Source: an uncultured delta proteobacterium
Lineage (GTDB): Bacteria > Myxococcota_A > Polyangia > Polyangiales > Polyangiaceae
DNA length: 64,000 nucleotides
Direction of reading: 5' to 3'
Assembly (NCBI GenBank): GCA_963716725.1
Contig: CAVQUB010000010.1
Coordinates: 32,001-96,000, forward strand
In this document: positions 1-8,015 of the stretch, in pieces
Numbering within the stretch: position 1 is the stretch's first letter
Layout of the letters: each line of letters starts with the position of its first letter
Translations under genes and position numbers: made by a program
The notes under the pieces: model-generated
Database searches by the model: none
What the model was told of the DNA's origin: nothing
The model's input: only the letters and a program-made list of their open reading frames with translations

Positions 1-1
1 A

Positions 2-1408
2 TCTGCGATCGGGATCTCGAGTCAGCTCGCGTTGCCTGGCAGGGTTCAGGGCAAGCCGCACCGCTTGGTCGCGAACGCAGGCAAGTCGTTCCAAGGGTCC
101 ATCGTTCTCGGGATGGGGTTCGTGTTGGCTCCGGAGGAGGCGCAAGCGCTGATCCAGAAGGACCAACGGAACAAGGAGGTGCTGTTTCCGTATTTGAATG
201 GGCAGGATCTGAACTCGAGCCCCGACCAGAGCCCGAGCCGGTGGGTCATCAACTTCCGCGACTGGCCGCTGGATCGGGAGAGCGCGCCTGAGGGATACCG
301 CGGGCCGGTGGCTGCGGATTTTCCGGATTGCTTGCGGATCGTCGAGGAAAAGGTGAAGCCGGAGCGGGTGACGAATCCGCGCAAGGTACGGCGCGAACGC
401 TGGTGGCAGTTCGCAGAGCGCGCGCCCGCGCTGTACAAGGCCATCGAGGGGATGGAGCGGGTGCTGGTGCTGTCACTGGTGAACAATCACCTGGCCTTCG
501 GCTGGGTTCCCTCGGGATGGGTGTTCGCGCACAAGCTTGCGGTGTTTGCGGCGAAAGACGCGGCATTGTTCGCCGTGTTGCAGTCCCATGTGAACTACCA
601 TTGGGCCTGGGCGCAATGCTCGACGATGAGACGGGACATCAACTACTCGCCGAGCGACGCGTTCGATACGCTTCCCTTCCCGCGGAGAGTCGAAGGTCTC
701 GCGGACGCTGGCGCGGAATACGAGGCCGCGCGTGGTGCAGCGATGCGTGCGCTTGGGTCGGGTCTGACGTCGACCTACAATAGTCTGCACTCGCCCGATG
801 TCACTTCTCGCGAAGTTCAAACACTGCGGGACGCCCAGGTTGCCCTGGACGAGCGAATGGCGGTTGCATACGACTGGGCGGACCTGAAGCTCGAACACGG
901 ATTCCACAGCACGCAGCAGGGCGTGCGGTTCACGATAGCTGACGGGCCACGCCACGAGTTGCTCGATCGCCTGCTCGCCTTGAACCATGAGCGCTACGAA
1001 GAGGAAGGTCGGCAAGGGCTCCATGGCGACGGCACGCCGAAGCCGCGCGGCTCAAGTCCAAAGAGCAAACGCGCCACCCCGAAGCCGAAGCAGCCGGCGC
1101 CTGCCCGCGTTCATCAGATGGGCTTTGGCTTTGGCGACGCGCCGCTTGAGCGCGCCGCGCCGGATGAAGCTGGGGAGTCTTCTACCACCGAAGACGGGCG
1201 GTCCGGCCTCTCGCGCCCGGCCCGCTTGCTGTTGAACGCGTGCGAGAAGGCGGACGCACCTCTAGGGAAGACCTCCCTCCTCGAAACAGCAAAGCTGGAC
1301 GAGAGGGATTGGATCGCTGCGATCCGCGAGCTGCTCGATGCGAAGCTTGTGCGCCAAGAGGGTGGGGGACGGGGGACGAGGTACCTGGTGAAAGGTGACC
1401 GCCGATGA
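2..1408 (+). CDS. drmMI: C-terminal part of a type IIG/IIL-like (MmeI/Eco57I-like) adenine DNA methyltransferase, probably DISARM DrmMI; 5' truncated by the window edge
   Basis: Frame open from position 2. Target-recognition-region motifs FQGSIVLGMGF, PYLNGQDLN, RWVINFRDW, WWQFAE, YSPSDAFDTLPFP and LLDRLLALNHERY. Heads the operon that ends in drmABC. Confidence 0.7.
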   Translation, partial: SAIGISSQLALPGRVQGKPHRLVANAGKSFQGSIVLGMGFVLAPEEAQALIQKDQRNKEVLFPYLNGQDLNSSPDQSPSRWVINFRDWPLDRESAPEGYRGPVAADFPDCLRIVEEKVKPERVTNPRKVRRERWWQFAERAPALYKAIEGMERVLVLSLVNNHLAFGWVPSGWVFAHKLAVFAAKDAALFAVLQSHVNYHWAWAQCSTMRRDINYSPSDAFDTLPFPRRVEGLADAGAEYEAARGAAMRALGSGLTSTYNSLHSPDVTSREVQTLRDAQVALDERMAVAYDWADLKLEHGFHSTQQGVRFTIADGPRHELLDRLLALNHERYEEEGRQGLHGDGTPKPRGSSPKSKRATPKPKQPAPARVHQMGFGFGDAPLERAAPDEAGESSTTEDGRSGLSRPARLLLNACEKADAPLGKTSLLETAKLDERDWIAAIRELLDAKLVRQEGGGRGTRYLVKGDRR

Positions 1409-2379
1409 GCGTGTGCGTGATCTGCAATCAGATCGAGCCGATGGGTGGCCGCGGAACTCCGAAAGTTCAGGGAATCCCAGGCCGGGACGCCCACACGATC
1501 GAGTGCATTCGATGTGGCAAGTACGACGCCGAGCACAAGCTGCGCCTCGTGTTCCCGCACGGGCTTCCGGCGGATACGGGCCTGGTGCTTTCGTCCCTCG
1601 CGCGAGAAAGAACGACTGCGGGAGAACGTCTCTCATTGACCGTCGCGAACCACAAGGAGTTGGCCAGCACTGCACCGCCGCCGCTCGGGTACTCCGAGAC
1701 CATCGACCGCGTGCTGCTCGCCTTCGCCGATGCCTGCCGCTATCCCGGTTCGTTCACTGGTGCCATGGAAATCGAGCCACTTGCGGCCCGCTTTTGCTTG
1801 CCCTCCACTGCGTTCGCGGACCTGGTTCAATTGCTCAGCACGGACGGCTTGTTGAACGTCGCGAGCCGGGACGCGCTGAGTGTGGGCGTGGGGCTCACGC
1901 CAAAGGGTTGGGAGCGCGTCGATCGCTTGCAATCGGTCGGACCGCGATCCCGGCATGCGTTCGTCGCGATGTGGTTCGATGAACAGGTAAAGGCTGCGTT
2001 TGACGATGGTATTCGGCCTGCGCTGGTGGAGTGTGGCTTCGAATCGCCGTTCCGCGTCGACGAGCTCGAACCCTCGCGTCCCGCGCTGCATGAGCCACGA
2101 ATAGATGATCGGATCATCGCTCGGATTCGGCGTGCACGCATCGTCATCGCGGACGTGACCGGCGCTCGTCCCGCCGTGTACTACGAGGCTGGGTTCGCGG
2201 CGGCGCTCGGGATCCCGGTCATCTGGTGCTGCCGGCGCGATAAGGAAATGACCGACATGTGCTTCGACACGCGGCAATTTGAGCACATTCTGTGGGACTC
2301 GCCGGACCAGCTGAAGGACAGCCTCGTGCAGAAGATCCGAGCCCACGCGTGGGCCGTCCCGGGCGGGGGCAGCGGATGA
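1405..2379 (+). CDS. Zn-ribbon/wHTH protein with C-terminal nucleoside 2-deoxyribosyltransferase-like (TIR-like) domain
   Basis: N-terminal CxxC...CxxC. C-terminal AFVAMWF...IIARIRRARIVIADVTGARPAVYYEAGFAAALGIPVIW...FDTRQ. ATGA overlaps with both neighbours. Confidence 0.7.
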   Translation: MSVCVICNQIEPMGGRGTPKVQGIPGRDAHTIECIRCGKYDAEHKLRLVFPHGLPADTGLVLSSLARERTTAGERLSLTVANHKELASTAPPPLGYSETIDRVLLAFADACRYPGSFTGAMEIEPLAARFCLPSTAFADLVQLLSTDGLLNVASRDALSVGVGLTPKGWERVDRLQSVGPRSRHAFVAMWFDEQVKAAFDDGIRPALVECGFESPFRVDELEPSRPALHEPRIDDRIIARIRRARIVIADVTGARPAVYYEAGFAAALGIPVIWCCRRDKEMTDMCFDTRQFEHILWDSPDQLKDSLVQKIRAHAWAVPGGGSG

Positions 2380-4865
2380 GAGCGGACGCAAACAAAATCG
2401 CTCTTCGCGCCATCCGCTCGGTTCTCGGCGCCGCGCACCCACTCGAGGTCGACATCGGCGGCAGCCGGGTGTCGTGCTCGGTGGCATCCGGGGCGGCACC
2501 GGGCTGGCCCGCGAAGGCGAGCGGAGTGCAGCCCGACGCAGACGGACCTTGGCCGGTTTCCATCGAGGTCCAGTGTAAGTGGACCGGCGGTGCGTGCACG
2601 CTCGTCCTTTCCTGCGAGCCATCGGATCAGCCGCTCTACTCGGGCCAAGTCGCTCTCGTGGCGCGTGTCGGTCCCCAACAGCTCGTCTACTGCAACGTGG
2701 CGAACGACATTTCGGAAGCGGCCGACGGGACCGTGCTTGCCGTTGATGCCTCGGTGTCGAGCAGCAAGCGCACCGACACTGAGCCAATCCGCGCTCTCTT
2801 GAACGCGAGCCTCAAGACGCTCGTGCAGGGCTCTGGCCTACCGATGCTGTCGGATAGCCGAGTCGAGGCGTTCAAGGTTGAAGTTCCCTCGGGCAGCGTG
2901 ACTCCAAGCCCGGAGCAAGCGCTTCGTCGAATCGTCCATCTCGCGCTACTCAAGCTGGACTACTTCGCTCGAGACAGTGCGGCGGGGCGGGGCAAACCAC
3001 TCGTGGACATCGCCGGAGTGCTGTTGGACGCTGGAATTCCCATCTCCAAGGAATCGCTGCTCGAAGAAACACGGGAGGAGGGCCTGCCAGAGCGGAACTA
3101 CTGGGCCGGCGGCTTCCTCTGGGGCACGGGCTCGATGCTGAAGCCGTTCATCGACCAGCGCTTCTGGCAAGTCGGCTGGCCGCGCGGCGCAAAGGACGCC
3201 GCCGCTCGTCAAACCTGGGAGCGCTTCGATCGGATCAAGGTCGGCGACTGGCTGGCGGTCAAAGGCTACGGGGGAACCCACGATCTGGTGATCCATTTCG
3301 TCGGAGAGGTGAAGACCATCGACCGCGACACCGGTCGCGTCGAGTTGGCGCCTGTCCAGGTGCCGCTCTACAAAGACAAGGCGCCGCGCGGCGCGGGTGG
3401 AGGCAACTGGTTCGACACCCTCGTTCCCGTAACGCGGCCCGATGTGATCGAGCTCATCTTCGGCCAGAAGATGGAGGAGCCGGAGAAAGCAGCTCCGATC
3501 GATCTGCCCGTGAACTTGATCTTGTACGGGCCGCCCGGGACGGGGAAGACCTATCGGCTCAGGCAAGAGCTGATGCCGAAGTTCACCCGCCAGATCGGGG
3601 CGGCGCGGTCGACACCCGCCGCGCCGGGATCCGTCGCGGATCTGACGTGGTTCGAGGTCGTCACCATCGCGTTGCACCAGCTCGGTGGCTCGGGCAAGGC
3701 CCAAGCAATTTACCAGCACCCATTGGTCAAGGCCAAGCACGCGGCGCAGGCGGTCCCCACCTTGGCGCGACAGATTGTCTGGGGCTGCCTCCAGTCACAC
3801 ACGGTCGAGTCGAGCAAGACCGTGAACTACAAGAACCGCGTGGGCGACCTGATCTTCGACAAGCGCGAGGACAGCAGCTGGCACTTCGCGGTCGAGCTGC
3901 CTGAGCACCTCGCCGAACTCGTCCGCGAGTTCACGCAAGCGGCCCCCACGGGTGGTCGCATCGAGGACCACGTGTTCGTGACCTTTCACCAGTCGTACTC
4001 GTACGAGGACTTTCTCGAGGGGATCCGCCCGAATCTTGCCGAGGGCGAGCTGGACGGCAGGCTCACCTACGTGCTCGAGCACGGCGTCTTCAAACGCGCC
4101 GTGATCGAGGCGATCCGCCTGACTGGATTCGATGGAACGCTGGACGAGTTTTGCCGACTCCCGGCCGCAGAGCGTAGCAAGCGTCTGGATGGGGCCCCGC
4201 GGTACGCCGTGTTCATCGACGAGATCAACCGCGGCAATGTCGCTCGGGTGTTCGGTGAGCTGATCACGCTGCTCGAGGCGGACAAGCGTTTGGGTGAGGA
4301 GAACGAGCTCATCGTAAAGTTGCCGTATTCACGCACGCTCTTCGGCGTGCCGTCGAACCTCCACGTCATCGGCACCATGAACACCGCGGACCGCAGCGTG
4401 GAGGCGCTCGACACCGCGCTTCGCCGGCGCTTCGCCTTCGAAGAGCTGCCACCAAGGCCGGAGCTTCTGGACTTCATCATCGAGGGGCAGATCGAGCCCA
4501 AGGAAATGCTGCGCGTCATGAATCGGCGCCTGGAGAAGCTGTACGACCGAGACCACGCGATCGGTCACGCCTTCTTTCTGCCGCTCGCCAGCGACCCCAC
4601 CTTAGAAGCCTTGAAGCGTGTGTTCGACCGCCAGGTGCTGCCGCTCTTGCAGGAGTACTTCTTCGGTGACTGGGGCAAAATCGGTCTCGTGCTCGGCGCC
4701 GATTTCGTGAGGCGGCGCGAGGCCGGAATTGCGCGCCTGGCGGAGTTCGCTCACGACGACCGCGAAGCGCTGGAGGAGCGCGTCACCTACGAGCTCACGC
4801 CGGTGAAGGATCTCACCAGTTTGTCGTTCCGGCGGATCTACGAGCATGTCACGGAAGACGCTTAG
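2376..4865 (+). CDS. mcrB: McrB-family AAA+ GTPase (type IV restriction)
   Basis: Walker A GPPGTGKT, FVTFHQSYSYEDFLEG, Walker B FIDEINRGN, McrB signature MNTADRS, ALRRRF, IGHAFF, PLLQEYFFGDW. Start taken at the ATG overlapping the upstream stop. Confidence 0.92.
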   Translation: MRADANKIALRAIRSVLGAAHPLEVDIGGSRVSCSVASGAAPGWPAKASGVQPDADGPWPVSIEVQCKWTGGACTLVLSCEPSDQPLYSGQVALVARVGPQQLVYCNVANDISEAADGTVLAVDASVSSSKRTDTEPIRALLNASLKTLVQGSGLPMLSDSRVEAFKVEVPSGSVTPSPEQALRRIVHLALLKLDYFARDSAAGRGKPLVDIAGVLLDAGIPISKESLLEETREEGLPERNYWAGGFLWGTGSMLKPFIDQRFWQVGWPRGAKDAAARQTWERFDRIKVGDWLAVKGYGGTHDLVIHFVGEVKTIDRDTGRVELAPVQVPLYKDKAPRGAGGGNWFDTLVPVTRPDVIELIFGQKMEEPEKAAPIDLPVNLILYGPPGTGKTYRLRQELMPKFTRQIGAARSTPAAPGSVADLTWFEVVTIALHQLGGSGKAQAIYQHPLVKAKHAAQAVPTLARQIVWGCLQSHTVESSKTVNYKNRVGDLIFDKREDSSWHFAVELPEHLAELVREFTQAAPTGGRIEDHVFVTFHQSYSYEDFLEGIRPNLAEGELDGRLTYVLEHGVFKRAVIEAIRLTGFDGTLDEFCRLPAAERSKRLDGAPRYAVFIDEINRGNVARVFGELITLLEADKRLGEENELIVKLPYSRTLFGVPSNLHVIGTMNTADRSVEALDTALRRRFAFEELPPRPELLDFIIEGQIEPKEMLRVMNRRLEKLYDRDHAIGHAFFLPLASDPTLEALKRVFDRQVLPLLQEYFFGDWGKIGLVLGADFVRRREAGIARLAEFAHDDREALEERVTYELTPVKDLTSLSFRRIYEHVTEDA

Positions 4866-6138
4866 AGCCTTCGAGCACCAAACGGTCCGCGTCGGCGAGT
4901 CTTTGCCGCGAGCGGAGGGGGGTAGTCTAGAGCTCAGCCAGCGACAGCTCGATGCCCTCGCGCGCTTCAACGACGCCCACGCCGGCAAGTACTTCCGAGT
5001 GGGGTACCGGAAGCTCACGTTTCGGCACTTCGTCGGCTTCCTCCAGGTGGGCGACCTGGGCATCGAGGTGCTCCCGAAGGCCGATCGGATGGCCGCAAAT
5101 AGCGACGAGGCGTTGCGCTGGCGAGGCGCGCTGCTCGAAATGCTCCGCGTGGCGACCGGGCTCCGCTTGCACAGCCCGACTGACTCACTCCAAACGCTCG
5201 GGCGGTCGAGACTGCTCGATCTGGTGGCGCTTCGCTTCGTGGAAGAGCTCGAGCGTCTGCTCCACGACGGCTTGGCCAAGGGCTACCGCGCCGAGGAGGC
5301 GAACGGTCCCCGGTTCAAGGGGCGGCTCCTGGTCGCCGAGAACCTCCGCGAAAACCTGGTTCGCGCGGACCGCTTCTACGTCCGTTTTACGACCTACGAC
5401 CAGGACATCCCGCCCAACCGTGTCCTCGGGACCGCGCTCGATGTGCTCGACGAGCTGCCGTTGGGCTCGTCGCTCAGCGGTCGCGTGACGCGCGCGCGCG
5501 GCATCTTCCCCGCTCTGTCTGCGTTGCGGGTCACGCCGGGATTGTTCGACCGGCTGGCGTCGACCCGTTCGACGGCGCGCTATCGCGATGCGCTGCTGTT
5601 CGCTCGCATGATCCTCGAGCAGCAGGTCCCTGAGCTTCGCGCCGGGGCCGTTCCCGTGTTCGCATTGCTGTTCGACATGAACAGCCTTTGGGAACGCTAC
5701 ATCGCCGTGCTCTTCCGTCGGGCTTGCCCGCCCGGGTTCGAGGTCAGCACCCAGGAGGCACGGCGGTTCTGGAAGCGCAGCGAGTCGCCCGCCAAGACCG
5801 TGCGGCCCGATCTGGTTGTTCGTCGCGTGGGCGATGCGGATGCGCTCCTCATCGCAGACACGAAGTGGAAGGTTCTCGACGATCCGACACCGGGCGACGC
5901 CGACCTCCAGCAGATGTTCGTGTACAACGAGCTCTTCGGCGCCCCCCGCGCGCTGCTTCTCTATCCGCGGATCGGGATCGGAAGCGGCGAAGCCGCCGGT
6001 CGCTTCGTGGCGCGGGACCACGGCTGCGATGTCGTCGAACTCGGGCTTTTCGGCGTGAAGGGGATCGCGACCTCGAAAGTGGTCGCGGAGATCCGCGCCT
6101 TGTTGGAGCGGCACGCTGCGGCGGGCGCGGCGGCGTGA
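4846..6138 (+). CDS. mcrC: McrC-family restriction endonuclease subunit
   Basis: FVGFLQ...IEVLPK, LFDMNSLWERY and PD-(D/E)xK-type RPDLV...IADTKWK...DLQQMFVY. Overlaps the end of mcrB. Confidence 0.9.
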   Translation: MSRKTLRAFEHQTVRVGESLPRAEGGSLELSQRQLDALARFNDAHAGKYFRVGYRKLTFRHFVGFLQVGDLGIEVLPKADRMAANSDEALRWRGALLEMLRVATGLRLHSPTDSLQTLGRSRLLDLVALRFVEELERLLHDGLAKGYRAEEANGPRFKGRLLVAENLRENLVRADRFYVRFTTYDQDIPPNRVLGTALDVLDELPLGSSLSGRVTRARGIFPALSALRVTPGLFDRLASTRSTARYRDALLFARMILEQQVPELRAGAVPVFALLFDMNSLWERYIAVLFRRACPPGFEVSTQEARRFWKRSESPAKTVRPDLVVRRVGDADALLIADTKWKVLDDPTPGDADLQQMFVYNELFGAPRALLLYPRIGIGSGEAAGRFVARDHGCDVVELGLFGVKGIATSKVVAEIRALLERHAAAGAAA

Positions 6139-6358
6139 GACCGCACGACGACAGCTCGACTGCGTCTACGCGTCCCGAGGGCTGGCTCCCGGGATCACGG
6201 CGGTCGCCGAACCGGCCAGAAGAGTGGGGTCCAGCGACCGCTGCCCGATCTCGATCGAGCTGCACTGGCCGGCGCGGCAGCGTGGTAGCCTGCCGTTGCT
6301 CATGCCGGGGATACGAGCGATGCTTCACACTAGAGAGTCCACCGAGGTCGGTTCGAGG

Positions 6359-6976
6359 ATGCAGAGCAGCGCTGTGGCCCAAGCGTCGGACGTGTACTTC
6401 TCGGCGGACGTCGAGACGGACGGACCGATCCCCGGCCCCTTCTCGATGCTTTCGTTCGCATTGGTCTTGGCAGGGACTTTCGACGGCCGGGCGTTCTCTC
6501 GCGCGACGCAAGCCGCGCACTTCTACAAAGAATTGAAGCCGATCAGCGATGAGTTCGAGGAGGAAGCGCTCGCGGTGAATCGGCTCGACCGCAACCGCCT
6601 GATCGTGCAGGGCGCGTCGCCGGCCGAGGCGATGTCCGAGGCCGCTCGCTGGGTCCGGCAGGTCGCGGGCAACGGCACACCTGTACTAGTGGCGTATCCG
6701 CTCGCGTTCGATTGGACGTGGCTCTACTGGTACTTCGTCCGATTCTCGGAATCGGGGTCACCGTTCAATCATTCGCGCTGCTACGACCTGAAGACGGCGT
6801 TCGCTGTCAAAGGGGGTCGCCTGGTGTCTCGGGCAGGGCGTGACGAGCTGCCAGAAGAGCTGCGGTCTTCGGTCGCGCATACGCACCACGCCCTAGAGGA
6901 TGCGCAAGAACAGGCCGATATCTTCGCGAAGATCTTCGAGTGGGGCGGGGATGAACACAGACGAGTTTCTGGCTGA
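6359..6976 (+). CDS. DEDDh 3'-5' exo(ribo)nuclease, Rv2179c/RNase AS-like
   Basis: ExoI SADVETDGP, ExoII AFDW and ExoIII HHALEDA motifs. Start uncertain (ATG 6320 or 6359). Confidence 0.8.
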   Translation: MQSSAVAQASDVYFSADVETDGPIPGPFSMLSFALVLAGTFDGRAFSRATQAAHFYKELKPISDEFEEEALAVNRLDRNRLIVQGASPAEAMSEAARWVRQVAGNGTPVLVAYPLAFDWTWLYWYFVRFSESGSPFNHSRCYDLKTAFAVKGGRLVSRAGRDELPEELRSSVAHTHHALEDAQEQADIFAKIFEWGGDEHRRVSG

Positions 6977-8006
6977 ACGGCGCAAGAAATCCGACGAACG
7001 GCTGGCGAAGTTTCGAGCCGTTTTGCGCAGCGAAATTCCTCCCAAAGAACGGAAGGAAGTCCTCGGGGATCACACCTGCATCTACGCGGTCGGCTCCGGA
7101 GGCCGGGGCGAGCTTTCCAAGCGGAGCGACCTCGACGTCTTTCTGGTCACGACCGGGGAGGTGAAGCGCATCAACGAAGTGCGCTTGCAAACGGCCATGC
7201 TGCGGGCCATGCGCAAGGTGAAGTTCCCTGACCCGTCGAACGACGCCAGCTTCGTGAGATTGCACGCGGCGCAAACGCTGATCGAACGCCTCGGCGAGCC
7301 TGCGGACGACGCCGAAAATACCTTCACCGTTCGGATGTTGTTGCTCCTCGAGAGCAAAGCGGTCGCGGGCAATGAAGTGCACTCGGCCCTGCTCGACCGC
7401 GCGCTGGAAGCTTATTGGAAGAACGCAGAGGGTCACGAGACCGACTATCTGCCCATCATTCTTCTGAATGACATCATCCGTTATTGGCGGATCTTGCTGT
7501 TGAACTACGAATCGAAGACGGCGAGCAAGGAGCGGGAGTTGGCGCGGGACTCCGCGTCGTCGAAGCGGATCCCGCAGGCTCGCCTTCAGGCCGACCGCTG
7601 GTTGCGGAGCTACAAGCTCCGGTTCAGTCGATGCCTCATGTGCTATTCGAGCGTGTGCTACCTGCTCGCATGCGCCCACCGGAGCAGCGCCCGCACCGGC
7701 ACCGCTTGTGTGACAATGGCTGATGTCCGCAGAATGGTGCGGCTCGTCCCCCTCGAACGCCTCGCTCAAGCGTTGAGGTGGACACGCGGCATTGACGGTA
7801 CGGGCGAAATCGGAGCCCGCCTTCGGACGTTGTACGCGCGATTCCTCAAAACGGGGGAGCGAGAGAAGGAGGCGCTGCTCGAGGCGTTTGCCCCGCCCAA
7901 GAAGGGCGAACACATGCGTGCGGCGGAGGAATTTGGTCAACAGATGTACGAGCTTGTCGAGTTGATCGGTCAGGGCAACCCGCTCCACCGCTACGTCGTG
8001 GTCTAG
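6951..8006 (+). CDS. Pol-beta superfamily nucleotidyltransferase with helical C-terminal domain
   Basis: YAVGSGGRGELSKRSDLDVF (GS...DxD). C-terminal RMLLLLES, LLNDIIRYWR and YKLRFSR. Overlaps the exonuclease end by 26 nt. Confidence 0.8.
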   Translation: MNTDEFLAERRKKSDERLAKFRAVLRSEIPPKERKEVLGDHTCIYAVGSGGRGELSKRSDLDVFLVTTGEVKRINEVRLQTAMLRAMRKVKFPDPSNDASFVRLHAAQTLIERLGEPADDAENTFTVRMLLLLESKAVAGNEVHSALLDRALEAYWKNAEGHETDYLPIILLNDIIRYWRILLLNYESKTASKERELARDSASSKRIPQARLQADRWLRSYKLRFSRCLMCYSSVCYLLACAHRSSARTGTACVTMADVRRMVRLVPLERLAQALRWTRGIDGTGEIGARLRTLYARFLKTGEREKEALLEAFAPPKKGEHMRAAEEFGQQMYELVELIGQGNPLHRYVVV

Positions 8007-8015
8007 GACGCGCCG

